A stretch of DNA of 64,000 bases. Origin: Malacoraja senta. Lineage: Eukaryota. The translations under genes were made by a program, and so were the position numbers. Numbering within the stretch: position 1 is the stretch's first letter; each line of letters begins with the position of its first letter. Of this stretch, positions 38,755 through 52,064 are shown piece after piece. A model generated the notes under the pieces. The model saw only the letters and a program-made list of their open reading frames with translations, made no database searches and was not told where the DNA came from. Where the stretch lies: contig CM075977.1 in NCBI GenBank assembly GCA_038087875.1, positions 212,164,001 through 212,228,000 of the forward strand, read 5' to 3'.

Positions 38755-41700
38755 ATTGGAGAACTGTTAAGCACCACACACCCAGCCAATAAAGCCAGCC
38801 TCACATTATTCTGCCCCGAGGAAGGCGACTGGAAAAATACAAACCTGGAGAAACACAACCTGCAGGACTTTATCAATATTAAACTGAACTCAGTCTCCAT
38901 TTTACCAGAAATGGAAGGACTTTCAGAATTCACAGAATACCTATCAGAGTCGGTGGAAGTCCCGTCGTCCTTTGACGTGTTGGAGCCTCCGGCATCTGGA
39001 GGCTTCCTGAAGTTGTCAAAGCCTTGCTGCTACATTTTCCCCGGTGGGAGAGGGGACTCGGCCCTGTTCGCCGTGAACGGGTTCAACATGCTTATAAATG
39101 GTGGTTCAGATCGCAAGTCTTGCTTCTGGAAACTGGTTCGGCACTTGGACAGAGTCGACTCGATTCTACTCACCCACAACGGGGCGGACAACCTGCCCGG
39201 GGTCAACAGTCTGCTGCAACGCAAGATAGCGGAGCTGGAAGAGGAACAGTCGCAAGGATCCACTGCCAACAGTGACTGGATGAAGAATCTCATCTCACCC
39301 GAGCTGGGTGTTGTCTTTCTTAATGTCCCAGAAAACGTGACAAACCTGCAGCCTAATTTCCGAGTCAGGAGAAATACCGAAGAAACTTGCCTTACTGTCC
39401 AGTACTTAAACAAATTGTCTATAAAGCCAGAACCCCTGTTTAGGACTGTAGGGAATACCATTGATCCAGTAATACTGTTCCAGAAAATGGGTGTAGGTCG
39501 ACTAGAGATGTACATTTTAAACCCAGTGAAAGGGAGCAAAGAGCTACAATTTTTCATGCAACATTGGTCCAGCAATAACAAAGCTAAAACTGGACTTGTT
39601 TTGCCAAATGGCAAAGACGCAGAAATTTCATTTCCATACTTGACTTCAATATCCTCTCTGATTGTATGGCACCCTGCCAACCCATCTGAGAAAATAGTCC
39701 GAGCTCTGTTCCCAGGAAATGCTCCACAGTACAACATTCTGGATGGATTAGAAAAGCTCAAGCATTTAGACTTCTTGAAACACCCAATGGTAACTCAAAA
39801 AGAGCTTGTAACTGGTTTGGCTGCCCCGACAGTGAAACAAGCCAAGATGAAACAACGCAGTGACAGCAAGGAGAGTCTCAAATCCAATTCCAGGCCATCC
39901 GTTGGAAAGGGAGTTAAGAAGGACGTCAAGGAAGAAACACCCGAGATAACAAAATCCTCTGTTAATCACCAGGAGGCTGTTATTGGGAAGCCTCAGAAGG
40001 TAGAGAAGAAGGAAAAACCTACCGTTAAGAAGGAACGACCCAAGTCAGAATCGCAATCTAAGCTTGAGGAGAAAGAGGGAAAGGCTAAAGTAGAACCGGC
40101 TAAACAGGAACTCGAAGAGAAAACGCAGAAAGACGAGAAACTAAAGTCCGAGAACAAACCAAAACCGTTGAAGGAAAAAATCGTGAAGAAGGAGGTTAAA
40201 GCACGGAAACCCGAGGAGAAGAAAAAAGAGGAAAAGGAAGTGAAAAAAGAGATTGCCAAGCCGGAGGCGAAAGAGGAGAAATCTGTCATCAAAAAAGAAA
40301 AGGTGAAAAAAGAGGAGAAGCCTAAAAAGGAAGAAGTAAAAAAGGAAGTAAAGAAAGAAATTAAAAAAGAAGTGAAGAAGAAAGAAACACCAGTGAAAGA
40401 GGTAAAGAAGGAAGAAAAGAAAGAAATCAAAAAGAATGACAAAGATGTCAAGAAAGACGTGAAAAAGCCCATTAAGGAAGTTAAAAAAACTGTGCCCGCA
40501 ACAGAGGCCAAGAAATTGCCAATTAAGCCCAAGGTGGAAAAGAAAAACGAGACAGCCAAGAAGGACGATGCTGCTGCAAGTAAACTGAAAGGAAAAGCAA
40601 AACCAAGCAAGAAAGAAACCAAGGTTGAAACTGCAGCTGCGGTCGGAGCTGCAGCAACGGCAGTAGTAGCAGCAGCTGCCGCAGTTACCGAACTTGAGAT
40701 CGAACGATCACTAATGTCTTCACCGGAAGACTTAACAAAGGACTTTGAGGAACTTAACAAAGAAGAGAAAAAAGACACCCAGGTACCTCCTGTGGCAATA
40801 GAGAACTCCATGCAGGATGAAGTGCAAGCGGAAAAGATAGGCCTCACGATTCACAGAGATGCTTTAGATATCGATGAATCTCCCGATGAAGGAATAACAA
40901 CTACTGATGCTGAAGGTGAATTTGAACAATCTCCTCAAGAGTACATTGAGGCTGAAAATAAGGAGACCTTAGAACGATTTGAGGATGAGGGCGCAGCTTT
41001 TGAAGAGTCCTCCGAAACTGGAGACTATGAAGAGAAGGCAGAGACCGAAGATGTTGATGAGCTAGCAGGGTCAGTGGACAAGATGCTTCCCACCAAAACT
41101 GCGCTGGAGCACGTCGCTATCGGAGAGAAAGCTGAGGCTGAGGACCTCGAAGCCGAAGAATTGATCGACACCGAGGAACCAGTTGATGTTGACGAGATGG
41201 CAGAGAAAGAAGAGACTGAAGATTCGGAAGTGGGAGATGATCATAGGGAACGGGAGGATGTGCTTCTTGAAAAGGCTGAGACTGAAGAAGAGGCAGAGGA
41301 TGAAGGCAACAGAGTAGATTACAGCAAAGAACTGTATGAAGAGAAAGAGAGATGTGAGGTTAAAAGCACTGAGGTGAATAAAATCCCGTCTCCCAGTGCA
41401 CTTCTGGATAAATTCTCTGCACTTCATTCTTCGATCATTGATCAAACAATGTCTATTCGTAATGAGACAATACCTACTGATTTTGAGAGTGAAACAACAG
41501 CTTCTGATGAGGAGGTCCACGATGAGCCCCATGAAGAATTTACAGCTACGTCTGGCTTTACTCAGTCTACGATTGAGATTTCTAGCGAGCCCACCCCAAT
41601 GGATGGAATGTCCACACCCAGGGACATAATGAGCGACGAGACCAACAATGAAGAAACCGAGTCTCCAACTCAGGAGTACGTTAGCGTAACAAAGTTTGAG

Positions 41701-44680
41701 ACGACTGTCATTTCGCAGAGTCGTGAAGGAACCAAGCTTTCTCCTGTCCCCGACACTTACAACGGGTTCTCATTAGAAATTACACAAACCGATGTGACAC
41801 AGGGCGAGGATTACCCAGCTTCTGCCTCCACAATATCTCCTTCATCTTCCTTGGAAGAAGACAAGTACTTCAAACCACCACCGGCCAGCATTTGTATTCC
41901 GAAACGCGAGGAGTATGAGAAACAGGACGACTTGGAGCTTGAGAAGCTAGAGAATCAAATAAAGGACTTTCAGACCAAATTAAGCCCTGCAAGGAGTCCA
42001 GCTGAATCATCACCACGATCTCGGACACCGTTAAGTGATCGTAATATCAACTTTGATTTGACTCCATCAGAAATCAAGGCATCCGCTGATCTTCCACCTT
42101 TGGAACCTGAAGTGCCAGGTGATCATTGTGCAAGTCCTGAAGAGAAAACGTTGGAGATGGCATCACCCGTGCAGTCTGGAACGCCCAGTGCTGGTCACAC
42201 CCCATTTTATCAGTCACCAATAGACGAGAAAAAGAAAGTTCCAGCTGAGGTAACGGCAAAGCTCCCGGCGCCGATTATCATCGAGACGGATGACATGAAG
42301 ATGGATGAGACCAGTCCCAGGTATAGTCCGATGGACGAGCCGGTACCTGATTCGGAATCGCCTGTTGAGAAAGTTCTGTCTCCACTGCGTAGTCCTCCAA
42401 TGTTGGGCTCCAGTTCCCCCGTCGACAGCTCTCCCAATGACGGAGAGGAGTTCCCAGTACAGTTCCTGGAAGGTGCAATGGAACTGACGAGTGACAAACT
42501 CAAACTTCTTTCCTCGCCCCGACTCTATCCATTTAATGAACCCCCGTCCAGCCCTGCCGCTCCCGACAAAGAACAGGCAGCCGACTTCGAGTTGTTGACT
42601 CCCAAAGACAGTTTCAGCCAGAAGCGGAAAGTGGAAGGAAGCGCCGCCGGTACGTTTGCGTCGCTGGGCCCGTTCGAAGCGCATAAAACCGGAGGTGAGC
42701 TCTCCCCGACATTAGTAGACATCAGCCAGATTGGGTCTGTTAAAGAAGACAGCAAAATGTCCATCTCTGAAGGAACCACGTCAGACAAGTCAGCTACCCC
42801 TGTCGATGAGGTGGTGGCAGAAGACACTTACTCTCACATCGAAGGGGTTGCTTCAGCTTCAACAGCGTCCCTGGCCACAAGCTCTTTCCCGGAGCCCACA
42901 GCTGACGACGTTTCCCCCTCACTGCATGCAGAAGTTGGCTCTCCGCACTCAACTGAAGTAGATGAGTCCCTCTCCGTATCTGTTGTGCAAACGCCCACTG
43001 CATTCCAAGAAGCAGAGGTTTCTCCTTCCAGAGAGGACTGCCCAAGGCCCATGTCTATTTCCCCTCCAGAGGTCTCTCCAAAAACTGCAAAATCCAGAAC
43101 GCCCGTGCAGGAAGTACGATCTCCCGAACACTCCACAATGTCCGTGGAGTTCAGTCAGGAATCTCCCGAACAGTCCTTAGCGTTGGACTTCAGCAAGCAG
43201 TCTCCTGAGCAACCCTCCTTTAATGCCGGCTACCACCACATATCCGAGAATGGACCGACTGAGGTGGATTATAGTCCATCCGACTTTCACGAAACGGGAT
43301 TCATGCATCACGTTCTGCCCACGCACGAAAAACCATTCTACTGTCAAGATAAGGACTATCTACAGTTTGGTTCGACGCCACCGACTGAGACGTCTCCAAC
43401 AACTTCGTCTGCTCGGACTCCTCAGACAAGTTCTCCACTCCAGGAGGAGTATGGTGTTTGTACCTCCGTCTCATCCGCCATCTCCTCTGCAAAAGCCATG
43501 ATTGACGGGGAGACATTACTGTCAGCGAGGCTACCAGCACCCTGTTCACCACGAACAACTTCCCTGCTATATGAAAAGGAGGATTTACAGATGTTTGATG
43601 TTTCTCAGCCTCTCTCACTTGCGAAGGACGTCTCTCACCTTCACAATTCCGTCTCTCCCGCCGCAGGTCTCGTGCAGGAGAAATCTCCAACAATATTTTC
43701 TTCTTCAGAGCAGGTGGCTGCTGTGTTTGCGACACATTCATACCAAGATCCTTCCCTCACAGGAAGCAAACATCCAGTAATGCAAATGGATGTTGAAGAG
43801 ATGGAGACATTCGCCAGCAAACAAGATAAAGTCAAAGAGGCTTACGAGGTTGAAGATGGACCTTTCACATCCAGAAATGAGGTTCAACACGGCGCTGATA
43901 AATGCTTTAAAACTCCTTCTTCATTCAAGGTCAATATGGCTGATCTCTCCCCTTCTTTCATCAACCCAAGCCCCTTAGAATTTTTTGAACAAGAAGATGC
44001 CCTTGAAGATCTCGAAAGGCCCTTGACCCAAGGTGGAGGTGCTCAGCCCCCTCCTGGTGGGAAGCAGCAAGCACGTCAGTGTGATGACACTCCAGGCACG
44101 TCCATCAGTGAGTCAGCTCCTTCACAGACCGATTCGGATTTCCCCCCCGGGACGGAAGAGTGCCCTTCCATCACCGCGGATGCTGCCTTAGACTCCGAGG
44201 ACGAGTCCGAGACCCTTCCGACGGACAGAACCCTGGTGCACCGGCAGATGGATCCCCCGCCTGCTCCCTTAAAGGACCCCAGCCCGCCTCCCCCGCACCC
44301 TGGCGTGTGCATGGTCGATCCTGAGGCACTGCCCATCGAGCAGAACAATGCCAAGGCAGATAAACCTTTGAAGAAGGAGGTGAAGGAAAGAACAAAGACT
44401 AAAAAGCAGGTCATGAAGACAAAGTCTTCCTCTCCTTCCAGGAAATCTGACAGCAAACCAAAGCATCCCAGTGCTCCTTCCCGAACAAACGCGCTCGCGT
44501 CGGCTAAGGAAGCAGCCGATAAAAGTGCAAAAACAGCTTCTCCGAAGAAGGATTTGGTGGAGAAGAGCTCCAAAGTGAGCACCAACCCAGAGGTGAAAGC
44601 TGCTCGAGGCGATGACAAGGAAGCAAAGAATGCGACTAACACCACCAACTCAAAGTCTGCACACACCACTAAAAGCCCAG
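38755..44680 (+). CDS. MAP1B: MAP1B exon 5 equivalent (5926 bp): N-terminal MAP1 homology region, KKE-rich microtubule-binding domain, acidic and Ser/Pro-rich heavy chain, start of light chain LC1
   Basis: ctgtcag|ATTGGA...AGCCCAG|gtaagc. Uninterrupted frame with MAP1B-specific blocks (KPCCYIFPGGRGDSALFAVNGFN, NFDLTPSEIK, SAGHTPFYQSP, KMSISEGT..DKSATPVDE, MVDPEAL). Confidence 0.97.
39980..40630 (+). repeat. MAP1B: Coding KKE/KKEVK low-complexity repeats (MAP1B microtubule-binding region)
   Basis: KKEEVKKEVKKEIKKEVKKKE-type repeats within exon 5. Confidence 0.9.
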
Positions 44681-45029
44681 GTAAGCGCCTTCCCCCTTGT
44701 ACCTTGGCTAATTCAACGTAGAGTGCATGTGCAGGAAGGAACAGCAGATGCTTGTTTAAACCCAAGATAGACACAATTGCAGGATATTGCAGTTTTCAAG
44801 GTATTGAGTATTGAAACTCTTTTAAAATAAATGCATTAGGAATTGATTCAGCATTCACTCGACTCCATAACCCTGGCAGAAACTCACAAGAACTTTCTTC
44901 CATTTCTCAGCAGTTTCTGCCAATCACTGAGGTTACAATAGAAAATATTCCACTTTTATTCGACTTTAAAGACTGTTAAATAAAAAAAACAAGAATGCGC
45001 TAAAGTACAGGATGCTAGTTAACACAATA

Positions 45030-46060
45030 GTCATAGAATCATACAGCGTGGAAATGGGCTCATTGGCCCACTTTCTCATGCCGACCAACATGCCCCATCT
45101 ACACTAGTCCCACCTGCCCGCGTTTGGCCCATATTGTTCTAAATCTATCCTATTCACGTACCTGTCCAAATGTTTCTTCAACGTTGCGATAGTACCTTCT
45201 CAACTATCTCCTCCAGCAGCTTGTTCCATAATCCCATCACCCTTTGTGTAAAAAAATTGCCCCTCAGGTTCCTATTATATTGTTCCCCTCTCACATTAAA
45301 CCTATGTCCTCTGGTTGTCGATTCCCGTCCTGTGGGCAAGAGACTCTGTGCATTCACCCTAGCTATTCCTCTGATGATCTAATGCACCTTTATAAGATCA
45401 CCCTCATCCTCATGCACTCCAAGGAATAGTCCCAGCCTGCTCAACCTTTTCCAATAACTCAGGCCCTCGAGTCCTGGCAACATTCTCGTAAATGTTTTCT
45501 GCACCCTTTTCAGCTTAACAACATCTTTCCTATAACAGGGTGACCAAAATGGAATGCAGTAAATGTGGCGTCACCAATGCCTTGTACAATTGTAACATGG
45601 CCTCCCAACTTCTGTACTCAATACCTTGATTGATGAAGGCCATATCCTAACTGATTTTATACAGTTAGAAACATAGAAACATAGAAAATAGGTGCAGGAG
45701 TAGGCCATTCGGCCCTTCGAGCCTGCACCGCCATTCAATATCATCATGGCTGATCATCCAACTCAGTATCCTGTACCTGCCTTCTCACCATACCCCCTGA
45801 TCCCTTTAGCCACAAGGGCCACATCTAACTCCCTCTTAAATATAGCCAATGAACTGGCCTCAACTACCTTCTGTGGCAGAGAGTTCCACAGATTCACCAC
45901 TCTCTGTGTAAAAAATGATTTTCTCATCTCGGTCCTAAAAGACTTCCCCCTTATCCTTAAACTGTGACCCCTTGTTCTGGACTTCCCAACATCGGGAATA
46001 ATCTTCCTGCATCTAGCCTGTCCAACCCCTTAGGAATTTTGTAAGTTTCTATAAGATCCA
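45030..46060 (-). mobile_element. Two adjacent CR1/HER1 3' fragments
   Basis: Reverse-strand CR1 tails starting near 45030 and near 45668 (agaaacatagaaacatagaaaataggtgcagg). Confidence 0.85.
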
Positions 46061-49000
46061 TTTGTTCTTTGATTTTTTTGCTTTTTGACATAAATAAACC
46101 ACTGATTAAAAAGCTCAGGGCCACATGTTAGGAAAAGACAAACATTTCATGATTTTAGTCATCTTTATTCAAAATGACTGAAATATGATTTTGCAATCAG
46201 CGATATGATGCAGCGCAATTTTGTGTGAATGACAAAAAATCTTTAATCATACATTTGTAATAGACCCTGCATCATTTTTAAGGAACAGACTACATAAGCC
46301 ATGTCCATAGGGAAAAGTCTGTTAATTCAGTCTCGGGGCATTTGAGAAGAAATTCTTGTGGGAAATTTGTGAAGCCCATTTAACTGAAGGGACCCTGTCA
46401 GAGGTGCAAAGACAGTGCGGATCTTGGCGCTAAAAGTTCATTTCTAGGAAGAATTAGAGGAGATTCACAGTTTGAGCAACCTTTGTACAAAAGGCATATT
46501 AGACAATAGACAATAGGTGCAGTAGTAGGCTATTCGGCCCTTCATGCCAGCACCGCCATTCAATGTGATCATGGCTGATCATATTGGACCGATATTAAAA
46601 TCAAGCGAGAGATAATTAACATTTTAAAAGCGAAACCTTATTGAGGAAATTGTTAAGAATCTTCTAAACAGGAGAGTAGACCATGCAAATAAAATGCAAA
46701 TTACAATAGACAATATGTGCAGTAGGCCATTCGGCCCTTTGAGCCAGCACCGCCATTCACTGTGATCATGGCTGATCATCCACAATCAGTACCCCGTTCC
46801 CACCTTCTCCCCATATCCCCTGACTCCGCTATCGCTTTAAGAGCTCTGTCTAACTCTCTCTTGAAAGCATCCAGAGAATTGGCCTCCACTGCCTTCTGAG
46901 GCAGAGTATTCCACAGATTCACAACCCTCTGTGTGAAAAAGTTTTTTCTCATTTCCGTTCTAAATGACTTACCCCTTATTCTTAATTTTTTTATTAAATG
47001 TTCTATGATGATGACTGCAATAAAATGTCCAGAGCCAATTATCCAATTTTAATTGCTCATTGTTTAAAAGCGAACATGTAATAAGAGGATAAGAAAATAA
47101 AACAAGCAATGGACCCTGTTTCTACATTTTCCTTGCTTCTACAAAAGAATCTACAGGATTGAACTTTTAATTGAACAAGGAGAAAAAATGGTGGATTTAT
47201 TTTTAATAATTCCCAATGATGCTGAGCATGTAAATGACAAAATGCTTCTAAGTTAACATTTTAAAGTTATAGTAACTAATTTGCCAACTCTTCACGACAT
47301 GTTACCTTTGCACACCCAGGCCCTTAAGCAATATACAACATAAGTGATTAGAATTTTTTTATGCAAATTTAGAGCCTTGGAACCCAAATCTCTGGTCAGT
47401 GAACATACTGATTAATCTGCAGGCTTGATTCATTGTAGGATGATGGGACCATCAAGCAGAGAAGGTCACTCTGTCCATCAGTTTTGTGCCAGCCTAGCTT
47501 TTTGAAAGTTCCGTATCTTTTGCCTGGCAAAAGTTAAAAATACTTCAAATACTTATCTAATTTCCTTTTGAAAATTGCTAATGAATCTTCCTCAGCATTC
47601 TAAAATGTAAAACAAAATATCACAAGACGTAAGGCTGCAATCACTGCAAGTTAGCCAATAGACAATAGGTGCAGAAGTTAGAAGCTAAAAGACTGATACG
47701 ATTGAAGTTTTCAAGATATTAAGGTAGAGAAAAAAAAAATCTGTTGATTGGAGGGACCTAAAACTGAAGGTACAGTGTAACAATTGAGACTCCTTCCAGG
47801 AGAAAAGGGGGAAAAGGAACAATGTTCACACTAAGGACCATATCATTTTGGAATTGTCTTCCAGAAAGGAAAATTGATGCAGGATCCGTCATTAGTTATA
47901 AATCCAAGACAGTTACATTTTTGATAACCAAATACTTCCAGGGATAAGCAGCAAAGACAGGGTTATGGAGATGGGTTAACAATCTGCCACCACTCATAAA
48001 GTGGAGAAATAAGCAGAAGATTTTAAACTGCCTTTGTTCTATTCTTCTGGGTTTCTATTGAAGTCCACTTGCTATCTATATCATGGACTGCCTATACTCA
48101 GTATAGAACATAGATAATAGGTGCAGGAGTAGGCCATTCAGCCCTTTGAGCTAAAGAGGGTTGATCCATTCAATATGATCATGGCTGATCATCCACAATC
48201 AGTACCCCGTTCCTGCCTTTTCCCCATATCCCTTGATTCTGTTAGCCCTAAGAGCTATATCTAACTCTCTCTTGAAAACATCCAGTGAATTGGCCTCCAC
48301 TGCCTTCTGTGGCAGAGAATTCCACAGATTCACAACTCTCTGGGTGAAAAGGTTTTTCTTCATCTCAGTCCTAAATGCCCTACCCTTTATTGTTAAACTG
48401 TGACCCCCTGGTTCTGAACTCCCCCATTCGGGAACATTTTTCCTGATAAAGAGGGTTGATCCAGGTCAAGACTATCCTAGCTCCTATTCTTAGCAAATGC
48501 TGCTGCACTGGAAATGAACTAAACCATCCTTTGTGTACGTATTTTTAAAGCAGAATGAATGCACTGTGAAAAAATTGCCTTAAGAACTTGATCATTGCAT
48601 CATTACCCCACAGGAGGCCAGTTATTCTTTCAAGTCAAGAGGTGTTTTTTTTTGTTTTTTTTGCATCCAGTTAACCCCATTCACTGGATTATTCCCTGAA
48701 ATTTTATTTAATTCATGTACCTATCCATTAAAAAAAAAATTGAAAGTCTTGATTGCATTTGCTTTCATTATTCTTTGAGGCTGCAAATTCCAGGTTATTG
48801 CCATTTTCTCCAAGGGCTCTCCCCCGTGAATTTGATTTTCTATGCTGTAGAATCCCTTTTTCACACTGTAATTGATATCTCGCCATTTCTAATCCACTTC
48901 GACATGCGAGGCAAAAGTTGTTTTTTGAAATAAACACAAAGCACAATAAATAGTGGATATATAAAAGAAAATCTTCAAAACAACAATTAATACAACATCT

Positions 49001-49929
49001 GTGGGGAAAGCATTTAAATTTTCAAAATACAGTGCACCATTATTAATGTTCAGATAGAGAATAGATGTGTAGAGTATAGAGGCACACAGCACACAGAAAC
49101 ATACCCTTTGGCCCATGGTGTATGTGCAGGGTGTCTATAGTAATCCTTTTCTCCAATACTTGGCCCCTCGCATTTTGTGTCATGTGTTGCAAAAATGTTC
49201 ATCTAAGCAAAAAGTTTGAGAGTCTCTGTCTTCTCCACCCCCAGTGAGTTCTAGATTTCAGCCAAACTTCAAATGAAAAAAATGTCTTTCCCGCAAACCC
49301 CTCTAGATCTCCTACCACTGACCTTAAACCCGTGCCTTCCTAATTTGACACCCCTGCCAAGGAAAAGGGTTCCTTGCGATCTACTTTATCTCTGCTCCTC
49401 AGAATTGTATATATCCCTCTCAGTGTTGTCATCAAAGATGAACTCTTGGGCCAAATGTGTAGATAAGATGCAGATGGCTGATAAGAACAGTTGGGCACAA
49501 GAAAGCAAGGGATTGTTGAGCAGCCAGCATCTACATGAGCAGTCAAAATATCTGGGAAGGAACTGCAGATGCTGGTTTATACTGGAAATAGACACAAAGT
49601 GCTGGAGTAACTCGGGGTCACTCATCATCTCTGGAGAAAAAGGATGGGTTTTCCATCCTTTTACTCCATAGATGCTGCCTGATGCTTTATGTCTATCATT
49701 TTATGTCTATCTACATGAACTGTGCCTAAAGGAGCAGAAAAAAGACATTGGGGAATAACATTTAATTTTGGTATCTTTGCTCAGTTATTGAGTTATTGTC
49801 CACCTGGTTGCTACACTGAGTCAGTCCACAACATGGTCTCTGGTGGGTGTGAATGGTGGAGGTGGAAGGGCAAAGGGGCAGATTTTCTCAAGGGGAACTC
49901 ATTTTTGCAATGAATTCTTTCTCTCGAAG

Positions 49930-50168
49930 GTTCCAGCAGCAATAAGGCAGCAAGCGTGCCGTCAGTGCCTTCTGGACCTCCAGTGTACCTTGACCTGGTG
50001 TACATTCCAAATCACTGCAGTGCCAAGACTGTGGACGCCGAGTTCTTCAAGCGAGTGAGATCTTCCTACTATGTAGTGAGTGGAAACGACCAGGCAGCCG
50101 AAGAACCCAGCAGGGCTGTTCTGGATGCCCTCCTGGAGGGCAAGTCTCAGTGGGGCAGTAACATGCAG
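49930..50168 (+). CDS. MAP1B: MAP1B exon 6 equivalent (239 bp), LC1
   Basis: ctctcgaag|GTTCC...ATGCAG|gtaagg. Encodes ...GPPVYLDLVYIPNHCSAKTVDAEFFKRVRSSYYVVSGND...LDALLEGKSQWGSNMQ. Phase is compatible with exon 5. Confidence 0.95.
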
Positions 50169-50230
50169 GTAAGGTCACCAAATCCTTCTTTCAGAATTTT
50201 TGGCCATTTTCAAAATGCAGCAAAATTGTA

Positions 50231-50623
50231 CTGGTTCGCCACCGATTTTCCGGCAACTAGTGGTCCAGAACCTCCTTTAATCTGGACAAAATTACGAGCG
50301 CGCTTGAAATCCCCCCCAGGAAGTCCCCCCTGAAAATGTGGCGCCTAGGGCGGGCGAGGCGGCCAATCTCAACCTCATCGGGACCTCCACGGCCGATCGG
50401 CAGATCAAATTTGGCCCCTGCGGCCGGTGCTTTGGATCTCCAGCCCGGCCAGAGCCGGCAGATCCTTTCCCTTAGCCGACATCCGAGGCTGACTTTGCGG
50501 GCTGGTATCTCGGCCCCTTGGCCGTGTAAGTGGACCCTTCCGGTAGAGTCGGACTCCTCTGATAAATGGATAATCCTGAAAGGCACTGAAACCAAGGGTG
50601 CTGGAAAATCAATGGTGGACCTG
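50231..50623. mobile_element. Tc1/mariner-pogo (Tigger-like) MITE
   Basis: TA at both sides (50229-50230, 50624-50625). Imperfect TIRs ctggttcgccaccgattttccggca / tgctggaaaatcaatggtggacctg. Confidence 0.65.
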
Positions 50624-51449
50624 TAATATATATTTATGTTAGTATTTCCTTGCACAGATTATTGTGCTATTTCCCACTGGAGTTACAACAGTATGGTTTA
50701 ACAGAGCCTGTTGCAAAGCAAAATGTCTCAAAGCACTTCCAATCAATCCCAGGCAGTTTCCTCTGCTCAATCTTCCACCTTGAGTATTAGACATCTCCAC
50801 AGAACTGGAAACCATACAAATGCAGGAGAGCCTGTGAATCAATAAGAGGACTGCCCACCTGAGATGAGCATTTATCCATGTTTCTTGGCGTGCCAGAGTA
50901 TTTGTAGGATGAGCTGCACCAGGTGTGGAGTTCCCTAATGTACAAGCTGGAAGACTGAACAGAGGAAATAGCCTGGAAAATGATTGGAAATACTGGAGAT
51001 AGACACTAAATGCTGGAGTAATTCAATGGGACAGGCAGCATCTCTGGAAAGAAGGAATGTGTGATGTTTTGGGTAGAGACCCTTCTTCATACTGTACTGG
51101 AGCTTGTCATCCTGATTAACAGGTCAGAATATAGAACTGAGACCTGACATAGACTCTGAGTTTCATTTAGTTTGGTTTATTGTCATGTTTGCCGAGGTAC
51201 AGTGACAAGCTTTGGTTGCATGGTAACCAGTCAGCAGAAAGACAATACACGATTACAATCGAGCCGTCCACAGTGTACAGATACATGATAAAGGGGGAGC
51301 CTAACTTGCAATTCATAAAGGTAGCCCGGTATACTTTGAAAGTCAATGTCTGCCCTACAGTCAGAGAAGCTGTATGCACAGTCAATAAGTCTTTCCAGAC
51401 CTGTTGAGTTACTCCAGCACTTTAGGTCCCTTTAGGCCCTGTACCAGCT

Positions 51450-51830
51450 GGGGAAACCTAATTGAAATGCACCAAATAGTGAAAGGCTTGGATAGAGTGG
51501 ATGTGGAGAGGATGTTTCCACTAGTGGGAGAGTCCAGGACTAGAGGTCATAGCCTCAGAATTAAAGGACGTTTTTTTAAGAAGATGAGGAGGAATTTCTT
51601 TAGTCAGATGGTGGTGAATCTGTGGAATTCTTTGCCACAGTGCTGTGGAGGCCAAGTCAATTGATATTTTTAAGGCAGAGATAGATAGATTCTTGATTAG
51701 TGCAAGTGTCCAGGGCTATGGGGAGAAGGCAGGAGAATGGGATTGGAAGAGAGAGATAGATCAGCCATGATTGAATGGCGGAGTGGACTTGATGGGCCGA
51801 ATGACCTAATTCTGCTCCTATCACATGACC
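51450..51830 (+). mobile_element. CR1 LINE 3' fragment
   Basis: GLDRVDVERMFPLVGESRTRGHSL...VVNLWNSLP plus tail. Confidence 0.8.
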
Positions 51831-51908
51831 TTTCTGATCCACAGCTGAACTCCATTGAATAGAGGCGGAATGAGTAGGTTCACCGTTGTTTTTTGTTCTG
51901 GATTACAG

Positions 51909-52064
51909 GTTACCCTAATTCCAACCCACGACTCTGAAGTAATGCGGGAATGGTACCAGCAAACACACGAGAAGCAGCAGGACCTCAACATCATGGTGCT
52001 GGCCAGCAGCAGCACTGTGGTCATGCAAGATGAATCGTTCCCTGCATGCAAGATCGAACTGTAA
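51909..52064 (+). CDS. MAP1B: MAP1B terminal coding exon (156 bp including stop)
   Basis: gattacag|GTTACC. Encodes VTLIPTHDSEVMREWYQQTHEKQQDLNIMVLASSSTVVMQDESFPACKIEL*, the MAP1B-type C-terminus. Confidence 0.97.
   Translation, partial: VTLIPTHDSEVMREWYQQTHEKQQDLNIMVLASSSTVVMQDESFPACKIEL

Noticed and set aside
38911-44721. 1936-aa ORF as a stand-alone single-exon gene
   Set aside because: It is the body of MAP1B exon 5. The true acceptor is at 38755 and the donor at 44680, and the last residues (KRLPPCTLANST) are intronic read-through.
39030-44774. Long minus-strand ORFs (39030-39761, 39993-40847, 44076-44774 and others)
   Set aside because: Antisense shadows of the codon-biased MAP1B exon 5, with no independent protein signature.
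31741-52064. MAP1A or MAP1S identity
   Set aside because: The C-terminus SFPACKIEL and the central blocks (NFDLTP, SAGHTP, MSISEGT) are MAP1B-type.
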